IMG/VR virus record: IMGVR_UViG_3300045988_056900
Length of the DNA: 64,000 nt
Source: a virus
Strand: one strand, 5' to 3'
Shown: positions 1 to 9,412 of the stretch, in pieces
How positions within the stretch are numbered: position 1 is the stretch's first letter
Layout: every line of letters begins with the position of its first letter
Position numbers and translations under genes: made by a program
The notes under the pieces: generated by a model
The model's database searches: none
Seen by the model: the letters and a program-made list of their open reading frames with translations, nothing else
What the model was told of the DNA's origin: nothing

Positions 1-88
1 ATGCTGCTAAATATAAATCGGTTTCAACTTCCATGTTTGTATTCCATGGGATCTCGTCTTCTATATCCTGACGGATATGTTTAGACAT
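1..88 (-). CDS. small ORF (29 codons visible) ending ...DLYLAA; its stop codon runs off the window edge
   Basis: ATG at 86-88 on the minus strand. Reads MSKHIRQDIEDEIPWNTNMEVETDLYLAA. Base 1 is the T of the presumed stop. The terminal DNA TTAGCAGCAT matches the end of the 8595 gene (TTAGCAGCATAA). Confidence 0.35.
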   Translation of the reverse strand, partial: MSKHIRQDIEDEIPWNTNMEVETDLYLAA

Positions 89-123
89 CTTGTATATGAC
101 TATCGTTAGAAATAAAATCATAG

Positions 124-1008
124 TTAAAATGGATTCAAAATCTTATTCTCCATTATTTCGATACATACTTCATCCATATCAGATGACTGTGTATCATCCT
201 GAGTAGATACTTTGTCCTCTTCTTTTATTTTTTCAGTAGAAATATTCATATCTTTAGCTATTTGAGTTAAAGGTATATCTTCAAAGAGAACAACTTCATC
301 TAAGAATGCAGAAATATTATCAAATGATTTTACTTTCATATATTTGTTAATGAAGTTCACAACTTCATCTATATTCTTAACTCCTTTATCTTCTGCCATA
401 TAGCGTACAAATACAGAGTTAGAATTAGCTTCATACTGTTTGAAATAACGAACACGTGAGCATCTATCAAAGAAGTTCTCATCTATCTTTTCTGCTCTAT
501 TACAAGTCATTAATACAAGTTTCTTTGCTGTTGACTCTACTCCATCCAAGAATCCTAATAGATCCTTAGTTTCCCACCAATAATCGTTCTTCTCAATCTC
601 ATCAAACATGATTACTACAGGAGTAGTAAAGTTTTTGAAGAACGCACTTAGTTTATCAGCAGGATAGTCAGTTGCAACAACAATAATAGGTAGATTACTT
701 TCTAAGGCAATACGTTTAGAGAGCATTGTTTTGCCTGTACCTTTAGTACCAGCAAGTAATACACCTGTTGTTTGGTTAGAACTTTCAGAATTGAAATAAG
801 TAAGCACGCGATTAATAAAGTTATTATCCTCATCTAGCTTATACAGTTTCTTTGGCATATTCAAATCACCATTTTCTACTAGATAAGATTTTCCTTCCAT
901 ACGATTGTACTTTAGATCGTATACTTTACCTTTAATAAGTTCATATGCTAATCCTTCTAACTTTGGTTTAACTGTGATCTCATTACCTACTTTAATAAAT
1001 TCTGCCAT
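124..1008 (-). CDS. AAA+ family ATPase
   Basis: 294-aa ORF. Walker A GTKGTGKT, Walker B VVIMFDEIE, TAA stop. Confidence 0.8.
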   Translation of the reverse strand: MAEFIKVGNEITVKPKLEGLAYELIKGKVYDLKYNRMEGKSYLVENGDLNMPKKLYKLDEDNNFINRVLTYFNSESSNQTTGVLLAGTKGTGKTMLSKRIALESNLPIIVVATDYPADKLSAFFKNFTTPVVIMFDEIEKNDYWWETKDLLGFLDGVESTAKKLVLMTCNRAEKIDENFFDRCSRVRYFKQYEANSNSVFVRYMAEDKGVKNIDEVVNFINKYMKVKSFDNISAFLDEVVLFEDIPLTQIAKDMNISTEKIKEEDKVSTQDDTQSSDMDEVCIEIMENKILNPF

Positions 1009-1019
1009 AACTTCTGTTT

Positions 1020-1400
1020 TTATGTTTTTAGTTTGTCGATTAACTCATCGACTTGTTTCTACGTATGTACAACATAGAACGCTGTTTTAGGTTCATGTGT
1101 GTACAAATAATAGTTAAATAACTTTTCACGTAAAGGCCATGCCTCATTTGGAAAGCCTTTACATTCAATCACAAAACCTTTACCAACAAAGTCTGGTAAA
1201 TAGGTCATTGCTCTATATTTTTTGTTGTTAAAAGTAAAAGCTGGAAGTAGCTCATATCTATGCATTTCATAATCTGCTAGAATATTTGCTTCTTTCAGCT
1301 TTTTATATGTATATGTTTCAAGTTTACTTCGAAATTTAATTCCGTCATATTCGTTAGGAGTTGCATTTCGAACTCTACCTTGTTTTTTCTATTTCTTCAT
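1020..1400 (-). CDS. DUF1064-like PD-(D/E)xK nuclease (RecU/resolvase-like), readable only with TAG as sense
   Basis: ATG 1398-1400, in-frame TAG at 1389-1391 (codon 4) and 1059-1061, TAA at 1020-1022. Reads MKK[TAG]KKQGRVRNATPNEYDGIKFRSKLE...YLPDF...IECKG. There is no in-frame ATG between the first TAG and the conserved N-terminal motif. Confidence 0.55.
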
Positions 1401-2352
1401 ATAACCATTTTTTTACTTTCTCAAATCCATTTGCTTTAATAGCGTCAGATATATCTTTTGCCTTAAATTTCTTATGGACTAACATACCTTCTAAACCTGT
1501 TTTAAGGCTTATTTTACGGAGATATTTTACTCCAGCTTCATCTCTATCAAATAGTATAATAATACGTTTAAATCGCTTCTTTAACTGTTCTAGAATCTTA
1601 TTAGGTATAAATGTAGATTCAGATGAAGGTGAAATGGCTGGAATACCCATTTCATATAAACACATAACATCTTTCATACTTTTAGTAATAATTAAGATGT
1701 CACCTGTTTTTGGAAGCTGCTTAAATCCCTGAATATCTAATTCAGTAAGATTATTACGCCACTTTGTATATTTGTCTGCTAAAGGTTTATATATCTTAAA
1801 ATGATTGTATACCTTATAAGCATACATAGGATTATCTTCTTTATAAATGCTTTTTACTATGCCATTACATAGGTAGTACTTTATACTACTTACTCCAAAT
1901 TTTCTTAGAGTTTCTACCGTAATATTAAACTGCTTCCAGTAATTGATGTCAGTTTCAGTAAATTCCTGACGTACAACACCAATTACTGTTTCAGTTGACG
2001 GTATATATTGCTTAGAGCTAACGAGTTGCGTATCGTTAGTAATTTTAAGTCTTTCAACAATATCTTTAAGTATATCCGAGTAATTAGTTATACCTGTATA
2101 AAGTTCTATAAACTTTATTACATTTCCACACTGACCTGTTCCATGATCTTTAAACAACAACTGTTTTGTTTTTCTACTATAAAAGCATCCAAACGAAGGA
2201 GTTTTGTCTTTTCTCAATGGAGAATTATAGATCATTCCTACTTTAAAATTACCTATATACGCTGCATATATATCATACTCACTTACTCTAGAAAGAATCC
2301 AATCTAGAGTGATATTAAATGTATCTTTTACTTTTGTTGTATCGTAAATCAT
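1375..2352 (-). CDS. DNA primase (TOPRIM domain)
   Basis: 325-aa ORF. TOPRIM-like ILIITKSMKDV...ISPSSE and IILFDRDEAG (DxD). Ends in TAG. Confidence 0.75.
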   Translation of the reverse strand: MIYDTTKVKDTFNITLDWILSRVSEYDIYAAYIGNFKVGMIYNSPLRKDKTPSFGCFYSRKTKQLLFKDHGTGQCGNVIKFIELYTGITNYSDILKDIVERLKITNDTQLVSSKQYIPSTETVIGVVRQEFTETDINYWKQFNITVETLRKFGVSSIKYYLCNGIVKSIYKEDNPMYAYKVYNHFKIYKPLADKYTKWRNNLTELDIQGFKQLPKTGDILIITKSMKDVMCLYEMGIPAISPSSESTFIPNKILEQLKKRFKRIIILFDRDEAGVKYLRKISLKTGLEGMLVHKKFKAKDISDAIKANGFEKVKKWLYEEIEKTR

Positions 2353-2449
2353 ATGATATATTATTTATTGTCAAAGCAACGGGACTCGAACCACGTCGTA
2401 TAAGCAATCAACCTTATACGTAACCCAATTTGTTATACTTCGGTATAAA

Positions 2450-2475
2450 ACGTAGGTTAGAATCCTAACCTACGT
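2450..2475 (-). terminator. 11-bp perfect hairpin followed by a T-run on the minus strand, downstream of the SSB-like gene
   Basis: ACGTAGGTTAG-AATC-CTAACCTACGT. The minus strand continues TTTTATACC. A second small hairpin TTATAC-TTCG-GTATAA lies at 2432-2447. Confidence 0.45.
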
Positions 2476-2518
2476 ATTCCTAGCTTATGCTCTAGGTAGC
2501 TACTATTTTTAAGTTATC

Positions 2519-3142
2519 TTAGAACGGCAGATCGTCTGCTGGAGAACTGTTCATAGTAGATAGATCATCTACTTTAGTCTCTTTATCAGCAATGACAGGT
2601 TTTGTAAATCTGTCAATAGACAACTCTCTAATCAAACTCTTATTTTCTGGATTTGTTTCTTTGTCGTAGAACCCTTCTGGTAATACCATAGGTTCAATTA
2701 CTGCAAATTTAACATAAGTAGGCAAAGTAGTATAACCATTATCATTATAAACTACTTTAACCTTCAATAAGACATCTTTATTAGCTGCATTTAGCATTGT
2801 TACTACCCATTCAGTAAATTCTTTATAAGAACTACCATTAAAGTTCAGTACTCCTTTAGGATAGAAACAATTCATAATTCGCATTATACGAGTAACTACA
2901 TTAGTTACTTTAGCCTGATTCTGTTCAGCAGAATCTCCTTCTCTTTCATTTGGTTCCCACTCTGTATGTAGTAACTCTTTTCCGTCTTTTTCAAAACGAA
3001 ACTCCATAAAGTTTTTTCCAGTAGGAGATGTTGCTGCTCTTACACCAGTAAACTTAACATTATCATGAATACCTGCTTCAAGATATTTACTGTCATTACT
3101 TGTTATTGCTACTTTGCTTGCTAATTCTGTACTATAAACCAT
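2519..3142 (-). CDS. single-stranded DNA-binding-like protein
   Basis: 207-aa ORF in the replication module. Acidic C-terminal tip ...PADDLPF resembles the bacterial SSB tip DDDIPF. The OB fold was not verified. Confidence 0.5.
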   Translation of the reverse strand: MVYSTELASKVAITSNDSKYLEAGIHDNVKFTGVRAATSPTGKNFMEFRFEKDGKELLHTEWEPNEREGDSAEQNQAKVTNVVTRIMRIMNCFYPKGVLNFNGSSYKEFTEWVVTMLNAANKDVLLKVKVVYNDNGYTTLPTYVKFAVIEPMVLPEGFYDKETNPENKSLIRELSIDRFTKPVIADKETKVDDLSTMNSSPADDLPF

Positions 3143-3162
3143 AATTTCTTTGTTTTGTGTTA

Positions 3163-3903
3163 TTATTCAGGTAAGAAAATTCTGTCCATGTGAAACGTAA
3201 TTTCACCGTCTTCGTCGCTTTCTGCTACTACAATATTCTTACCTCGTAAATGTGGTGCTCTTGCTTCTCTTACTATATTACTTCCTCCTTCAAAGGAAAT
3301 AATTGTTTCGTTTTTCTTTCGATAAACATAACCAATAGCATCAGCTTCACCACAGATAATATCTCCTAATCTACCAGTAAGATCTAGAGTCATTTCTGAC
3401 ATCTCTTGACCTTCAATATTTATCTGCTTATCACGAGTATGAGCAATTAATATAAGATGATCACTTAGATCTCTGAACAAGTCGATTACCTTTTTAACAG
3501 CCATTCTTAGCCACATATAACCACTTCCATTTGGAAGAGTACGAATGTCTGTACCTTGATAATTTTTTCCTTGATTAGTGCCTTTGTAGAGCTGTATGGC
3601 ATAGCCCATGCATATTTCCTCAAGTCGAGTTGCATTATCTATAGTAATATACTTATACGGTCTTTTGCCTGTATTCTTAATTTCTTCTCTAATTGCAGCC
3701 ACAATATCTCCAAAATCTTTTACAGATCTTGCTTGTACAACTAGTGCAGATAAAGCCTGATAACCATTCTCTAAATCTATAATTAGATTATTGTCTAGAG
3801 AAGCCATAAGACTGGATTTACCAGCCTTAGGTTTCCCATAAAACACAGAGAACTTTGGATTACATATCTTTACTTCTGTTTTTTCTTTTGGTAATACAAT
3901 CAT
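3163..3903 (-). CDS. AAA_24 / Sak4-like ATPase
   Basis: 246 aa. Walker A GKPKAGKSS, Walker B YITIDNATRLEE, and ILIAHTRD. Confidence 0.8.
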   Translation of the reverse strand: MIVLPKEKTEVKICNPKFSVFYGKPKAGKSSLMASLDNNLIIDLENGYQALSALVVQARSVKDFGDIVAAIREEIKNTGKRPYKYITIDNATRLEEICMGYAIQLYKGTNQGKNYQGTDIRTLPNGSGYMWLRMAVKKVIDLFRDLSDHLILIAHTRDKQINIEGQEMSEMTLDLTGRLGDIICGEADAIGYVYRKKNETIISFEGGSNIVREARAPHLRGKNIVVAESDEDGEITFHMDRIFLPE

Positions 3904-3932
3904 AAAGCTTGTTTATTTTTGTATTCCGTGTA

Positions 3933-3961
3933 TTCTGATAAACTCTGACAATTTCTGATAA
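3933..3961. repeat. three tandem 10-nt repeats TCTGA(T/C)AA upstream of the AAA_24 gene
   Basis: TTCTGATAA / CTCTGACAA / TTCTGATAA with a 10-nt period. The same motif array occurs at 11544-11582. Confidence 0.6.
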
Positions 3962-3981
3962 GTACGGAATTAATATCTTAT

Positions 3982-4419
3982 TTAGAACCAACCATTATTT
4001 TTAATCTTAATTGTGATATCAATAATAGTCTTCTTTGTTTTCGGTTTTAGATGGTTCAATGAGCCCGGCATAATAGGAATAATGTCGTAGCCAATCTGAA
4101 CGAAATTATCGAAGATACGAATCGGAGTACCGAATTCATCTTCAAAGTCATAATCTTTTGCAAGAGAACTAAGTCCTGCAATAGCTTTGAAGAACTCGTC
4201 TTCCAAATTATACTTATTATTCAAGAAGTCATTTGCTGTATAACCCAAATTTGTCGGGATAGTATCTAATAGATACAAATCAACAGTAGTCTTTTTCTCT
4301 TTCTTGCCACCCAACCAAGGATATGCATTCAAGAATTTTTCAGCTAGACTTTCTTTAAAGTTATTAGCACTAGTATTATTATTTTTCTTCGGTAATGTAA
4401 ATGTATATGTTGTAATCAT
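3982..4419 (-). CDS. hypothetical protein
   Basis: 145-aa ORF, tightly packed in the operon. Confidence 0.6.
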   Translation of the reverse strand: MITTYTFTLPKKNNNTSANNFKESLAEKFLNAYPWLGGKKEKKTTVDLYLLDTIPTNLGYTANDFLNNKYNLEDEFFKAIAGLSSLAKDYDFEDEFGTPIRIFDNFVQIGYDIIPIMPGSLNHLKPKTKKTIIDITIKIKNNGWF

Positions 4420-4432
4420 AATTTTTCAGCCT

Positions 4433-5413
4433 TTAATTGTTATTACTAAACGAAATCTTCTTCGTAGGTTCTTCTTCCCTTATAGTCTCAATTAAATTAT
4501 TGTATTTTAGATCGTTATCAAACTCAAGTATAGCGCACTCTCCAGCATCCCTATTCTTTAGGATATGAAGATAGACTTTATTCTTAACTAGTAAACGATT
4601 CGGTCCATACTGTTGTATATTGAGTAGTTCCGGTCTATGAATACATATAACATAATCAGATGCATGGAATATAGTATCCGCAGAAGAAATGTCACTACGC
4701 ATTGGGTAATGCATAGATGGATTGTTAATCCTATCAGGAGCTTCAATGTTTCGATTCATCTGTGATAACTGAATTATAGTAGTATTAGGGTACTTTTTAA
4801 CCTTAATAAACAGTTTCTGTAAATCGGAAATCACTTTCAGTGCAGATTCTTGACCTTCTACAAGTAAAGTATGATCAAGGATAATAATAAATTTCTTACC
4901 CTTTGCATAGTTCTCGTAAAAATAATCAATAGTAGAAGCTATTTCTCCAACCGTCCCAGGTGTATCAACATAATATATCTGGTATGATTTTATTTGTTGA
5001 GACGCTGTCTCAACTTGCGCCAATGTGTCATCGTTTAATTCCTCGTTAGCGCTATATAGCTGTGCAGTAGTTTGCCTTAACTTACTACTTAATTTTCTAC
5101 CTACCTGCCTTGAACTTAACATCTCAAATGAGAAGTTAAGGATAACTACATCCTGTTCAGGATTTAGATCTATTAAATCATTTTCAAGTGTATTAACAAA
5201 TGATGATTTACCACTACCAGATATACCTACTATAGTATATATCGTATTAGGTTCAATTCCACCCATACAGTGTTTATTGAACTTATTCCACCTTGTTCTT
5301 AAAGATTGAATCTCATGATTCTTTCTTTGTTTTATATATTCTACTGCTTCTTTAGCTGCAATAGATATATGGCGGAAGGTAAGCGTATTAGTAGAGTTCT
5401 GTTCCATAATCAT
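4433..5413 (-). CDS. DnaB-like replicative helicase (RecA-like C-terminal domain)
   Basis: Walker A GISGSGKSS, Walker B IIILDHTLL, and the SQMNR motif (cf. DnaB LSQLNR). Confidence 0.85.
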   Translation of the reverse strand: MIMEQNSTNTLTFRHISIAAKEAVEYIKQRKNHEIQSLRTRWNKFNKHCMGGIEPNTIYTIVGISGSGKSSFVNTLENDLIDLNPEQDVVILNFSFEMLSSRQVGRKLSSKLRQTTAQLYSANEELNDDTLAQVETASQQIKSYQIYYVDTPGTVGEIASTIDYFYENYAKGKKFIIILDHTLLVEGQESALKVISDLQKLFIKVKKYPNTTIIQLSQMNRNIEAPDRINNPSMHYPMRSDISSADTIFHASDYVICIHRPELLNIQQYGPNRLLVKNKVYLHILKNRDAGECAILEFDNDLKYNNLIETIREEEPTKKISFSNNN

Positions 5414-5954
5414 TACTAATTATTGGTTCTTCTACTTTCATTTGTTCCTCGTATGTCTCCCACTCATGTTGAGTGAGCCATTTCCACATAGTTTTCATAT
5501 AACCGATTTTACCAGTAATCATTTTATTATCTATCTCATAAGATAAACATTTCATGATGTGCTGATGCATTGCTTTGCTTTTGCCAATTATTCGATTATA
5601 TTCCTTCCTACATTTGTTCACATTTGCCCTTAAAAAACCTTTGGTTCCGTCAGGTCTTATAACATAAACTGGAAATAGGTCATAGAATTCATCAAACATA
5701 GATTTATCTTCTTTAAGAAGTTCTTCTAGTTTTTCTGTTTTCTTTATGACTGTGGTATTGTCTACAGTGCTGGTAGCAATTAGACCACGAGACTCTAACT
5801 CTTGTATCTCTTCTTCATTAACTAGGCTGAGAAGTTTCTGAATGTCTTGATTGATGTTTTTGATATCACTCAATACAAGCGTTAGGAATACTAACTGATT
5901 AATAGATAAGTTTTCAATCCTATCAAGGATTGAGGTGTCTATTTCTAAAATCAT
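5388..5954 (-). CDS. hypothetical replication-module protein
   Basis: 188-aa ORF between the polymerase and the helicase. No motif recognised with confidence. Confidence 0.6.
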   Translation of the reverse strand: MILEIDTSILDRIENLSINQLVFLTLVLSDIKNINQDIQKLLSLVNEEEIQELESRGLIATSTVDNTTVIKKTEKLEELLKEDKSMFDEFYDLFPVYVIRPDGTKGFLRANVNKCRKEYNRIIGKSKAMHQHIMKCLSYEIDNKMITGKIGYMKTMWKWLTQHEWETYEEQMKVEEPIISNDYGTELY

Positions 5955-6009
5955 ATTCTCATATATTATACGAGCATACGGTATTTGAAATATATCTGAT
6001 AAGCCTTTG

Positions 6010-7989
6010 TTAATCCCATAGGCTCATTTGTAACGGTTTTAATTCACGGATTATCTTATAGGCTTCCATAATGTAATACCTATAATTAATCTTTCTCTCT
6101 TCAATTGGTTTATCGTCTAAGTAATTTAATAAAGTAACACCAGATGCAGTAAGCATATTCTGATACTGTTTTTCTTTTGCAACAAATATCTTTTTACCTA
6201 CATATGGTTCATCATATTCTATAATTTCACCTTCTTTGTGTCCTGTTGGTTTCCATTTCCATAAATAGGCACCATTAGTACTTGCATAGAAACGATTAGT
6301 CCTTTGTTGTTCTTTATTATTATACTCAACATGCCATTGTTTACCAGTCTTTTCAGCCATTAGAAAGTCTCTAATGTCTTGGCAACCTTTTATAGTTTCT
6401 TCTACTGGTACTCCGTTCTTAAAAAAGTTTATTACTGCTTTCGGTATGATCTTCGGAGTTAGACCTTTCCCTAATTTCACAGTAGTAATAAACATACCCT
6501 TTTCTTTTACTTTATCATCTTCAGTAATAGCAAAGTAGTCATTTATAGCATATTGATACATAGCCTTAAAACGTTCTTCTTCTAAAGTAAGTTTAGTAAG
6601 TTGTTCCCATTCTCTGCATACTTTGTTTACACTATCATATACAGATTTTTTAAGTAATACAAACAGACCATCTGTATTAGCTTGGACGATTCGACATCCT
6701 AATTGGGTTAGTTTTTCAGCTAGCATTAGTAATAGTAACTGCCCATTTATACGTATTTGCATTACTGCAAATGGACTATAACAGAAATTATGTGGATTCT
6801 GTAAGTTACCTGATAATCCATTGAGAGCAAGCTTTAAGGTTTCGTTTTTAACCTTATTGCCATTGTGTTTAGCTTCGATGCGCTCATCTTTAATTTGTCT
6901 ATATACTTCTAGAAATTCAGGTCCTAAATGTTTAGGATAGAACCCATATTCTATTAGCATACTTGGATATAGTGATGCAACATCTATATCAATGAGCATT
7001 TCATCTTCTTTTGGTATAACTATTTCAGGATCATTCACTGAATGAATTCCTCCAACTCCTACAGAATATCTTAATCCTTCAAATATGAATTTATTTTCAT
7101 ATCCTTTTCTTCCTGGAGATACTATTTGACTTTTCATATCATCTAGTACTTTTTGAAGTATAGGACTATCATACTTAATAAATGGTAGGATTACCTTATT
7201 TAAAGGTATTACATCCATTGGAGATCTTAAATCTTTAATATCATACCAGGTTTGACCTGTCTTTTCAAGATATTTCTGAGTTAAAATCTTCATTCCAATG
7301 TTTACTCCGTCTTTACTAAGTACTCTTACTCCGTATTCATCTTCAATAGCTAACCTTAAATCTACATCTTTTTTACATCTATTGAGTAACTCTTCAGTAG
7401 AATTAACATCATTAATATTATACTCAATCATTGAATCTATTTGATTTTCAGGTAAATCTGCCTGCCAATCTGCAACAAATTCCTGTACATTTCTGTACTG
7501 CATTGTTACTTGAATTTCTTTCAAACCTACTCTTAACTTATTGCTATAAAGCATAGTAAGAATATCAAACGAATCAAAACAAATCATATACTTCCACTTA
7601 CTCCAAGCTCTAATATCGTCTTCACTTGAAGTAGTAATTACTTTACTTAAATTAAATATAGATCTACATATATCTCTATATCCTTTGTATTTCATTACAA
7701 CATAATAATCTATTATATAATTTATAATAGGATTATCATAATGAAGATTATTATAACCACAAAATAATTTATTAGTATTTAACTGAATTTTTGTAGTATA
7801 TAAGTCTCCGAAAGTATAGTCTGTATTAACTGTATGAAAGAAATTGACTAATTCATCTAATTGATTTCTTCTGCAAGATATTTCAAATTTATGCAATTCA
7901 CCTGTTTCTGTATTTTTTACAGTACAATGGAAAACATTGGGGAATACCTCAATATCATATACATAAACAATCTTATCTCGTATAATCAT
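6010..7989 (-). CDS. family B DNA polymerase
   Basis: 659 aa. Exo I DIEVFPN, Exo II NNLHYDNPI, Exo III YNINDVNS, motif A DVASLYPS, motif B KLALNGLSG, motif C QANTDGLFV. Confidence 0.95.
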   Translation of the reverse strand: MIIRDKIVYVYDIEVFPNVFHCTVKNTETGELHKFEISCRRNQLDELVNFFHTVNTDYTFGDLYTTKIQLNTNKLFCGYNNLHYDNPIINYIIDYYVVMKYKGYRDICRSIFNLSKVITTSSEDDIRAWSKWKYMICFDSFDILTMLYSNKLRVGLKEIQVTMQYRNVQEFVADWQADLPENQIDSMIEYNINDVNSTEELLNRCKKDVDLRLAIEDEYGVRVLSKDGVNIGMKILTQKYLEKTGQTWYDIKDLRSPMDVIPLNKVILPFIKYDSPILQKVLDDMKSQIVSPGRKGYENKFIFEGLRYSVGVGGIHSVNDPEIVIPKEDEMLIDIDVASLYPSMLIEYGFYPKHLGPEFLEVYRQIKDERIEAKHNGNKVKNETLKLALNGLSGNLQNPHNFCYSPFAVMQIRINGQLLLLMLAEKLTQLGCRIVQANTDGLFVLLKKSVYDSVNKVCREWEQLTKLTLEEERFKAMYQYAINDYFAITEDDKVKEKGMFITTVKLGKGLTPKIIPKAVINFFKNGVPVEETIKGCQDIRDFLMAEKTGKQWHVEYNNKEQQRTNRFYASTNGAYLWKWKPTGHKEGEIIEYDEPYVGKKIFVAKEKQYQNMLTASGVTLLNYLDDKPIEERKINYRYYIMEAYKIIRELKPLQMSLWD

Positions 7990-8008
7990 AATTAATAATG
8001 TTAGTTTG

Positions 8009-8066
8009 AGTCTGTGGAGGGAATCGAACCCTCATTTAACAGTTTTTCCATTTAAACTACACAGAC
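8009..8066 (-). ncRNA. tRNA-like module A lacking an anticodon arm (58 nt)
   Basis: Minus strand reads GTCTGTG-TA-GTTT-AAATGGAA-AAAC-TGTTAAAT-GAGGG-TTCGATT-CCCTC-CACAGAC-T. It has a perfect 7-bp acceptor stem, a D-arm with GG, and a canonical T-arm. Only 8 nt occupy the place of the anticodon arm. Confidence 0.55.
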
Positions 8067-8119
8067 AACCAGCATACTGCCGCATTAAAATTTCTAAATT
8101 ATGGATTTGCTAGCATATT

Positions 8120-8569
8120 TTAGGCGGCTAGCGAAGCCTTTGTTGTACTTGTTTTTCGTACATACGTTTTCTTAAACGCTACAAGGGAAGCTTTGTACTT
8201 AGCCTTGTCTTCTTTGCTTTGTTTAATAGATTTTGCTTTAGATTGTTTCATATGAATAATCATATGATCAAACTTAACTTGAGCATCGAGCTGTTTTCTG
8301 TCGTATTTATTAAACCTAGGATAATTGATAGATTGAAATACGAAAGTACTTTTTCTCTTTTCAACAAGAGCTTTTGCTCTTTCTCGTTTAACTTTTCTAC
8401 GAGCTTTAAGTTCTTCACTATAGAAGTTTTTTGGTTTAACCTCTTCTTCAGAAGTAATTTGTTTTACTCGAAATACTCTTCTTTCTGCTTTTCGAGCATT
8501 TCTTGCTGCAACTCTCTCTTCACTACGTGCTATTTTATATTCTTCTTTTCTGTTTTTATCTATTTTCAT
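8120..8569 (-). CDS. lysine/arginine-rich protein with C-terminal ...ASLAA
   Basis: 149-aa ORF, TAA stop. Terminal codons are CTA GCC GCC TAA. Confidence 0.75.
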   Translation of the reverse strand: MKIDKNRKEEYKIARSEERVAARNARKAERRVFRVKQITSEEEVKPKNFYSEELKARRKVKRERAKALVEKRKSTFVFQSINYPRFNKYDRKQLDAQVKFDHMIIHMKQSKAKSIKQSKEDKAKYKASLVAFKKTYVRKTSTTKASLAA

Positions 8570-8594
8570 ATCTTGATAATATTAATAGTTAAAC

Positions 8595-9359
8595 TTATGC
8601 TGCTAAAAGTTTTGATTTAGTGTAATAGGTCCAATTGTTATTACTTAAATCTTCAACGGTTATTCCGGTGAACTTATCATTGTTTTCGTACTTCTTAGCT
8701 AATACTTTTACTTTAGAGAATGCTTCTTCTTTATCATTAGCATCTAAATAATCCGTGTAGAAGTCTGTACTTTTCATAGGATTATCTTCGCTTTGATTCT
8801 GTACTACATAACGGAACTTACGAGTGTTCTTTTTGTTATTTAGCACTTCTCTTCCTTTCTTTAGGAATTCTAAAACAGAAGCCTTCACCTCATTTATATG
8901 AGGTCTACTGGCTAACAGTTCAGCTTTATACTCTTTTTCACGTTGAAATCTAACCTTGATTTCTTCATCAGTTAGATTAACTGGTTTCGGCTGAACAAAC
9001 AGTCGTTTTCTAATTAATCGAGTGAACTTCTTCTTCTCTTTCCTAGTATAATGAACTGTAGGTTCAAATCCAGCGCTTGCTAGAATTTGCTTAATAAGCT
9101 CCTTCTTAGCTTGTTTAGCTGTTTTATTTTCCTGACGAGAGTTCTTTCCTACTTCTGTAGTATAGCTTTTTTGCTTAACTTTACCAACTATGTTGGTTAT
9201 TATTACTTTCCCATTCTCACCCTTTGTAATATAGGGAGATGGACCCGGTCTTCTAAATACTTCTTCTACTTTCTTAGATCTACGTAATTTAGAACGGTTA
9301 GTTCTCGATAATTTTTTTCCTTTATGATCTTTATGTTTACCTGATAAATTCTTTTTCAT
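8595..9359 (-). CDS. lysine/arginine-rich protein with C-terminal ...KLLAA
   Basis: 254-aa ORF. Terminal codons are TTA GCA GCA TAA. Confidence 0.75.
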   Translation of the reverse strand: MKKNLSGKHKDHKGKKLSRTNRSKLRRSKKVEEVFRRPGPSPYITKGENGKVIITNIVGKVKQKSYTTEVGKNSRQENKTAKQAKKELIKQILASAGFEPTVHYTRKEKKKFTRLIRKRLFVQPKPVNLTDEEIKVRFQREKEYKAELLASRPHINEVKASVLEFLKKGREVLNNKKNTRKFRYVVQNQSEDNPMKSTDFYTDYLDANDKEEAFSKVKVLAKKYENNDKFTGITVEDLSNNNWTYYTKSKLLAA

Positions 9360-9412
9360 AATCTTGATAATTTTAGAAGTTAATAACTAGCGAGCCCAAA
9401 GGCTCGCATTAA

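Noticed and set aside
2362-2425. Fifth tRNA-like element between the SSB-like gene and the primase gene. It has a GGTTCGAGTCC T-loop motif plus the 8-bp hairpin CGTATAAG-GTTGATTG-CTTATACG.
   Set aside because: I could not build a T-stem of more than 2-4 bp or any acceptor stem. It may be a degenerate relative of modules A-C, but the evidence is too weak to call.
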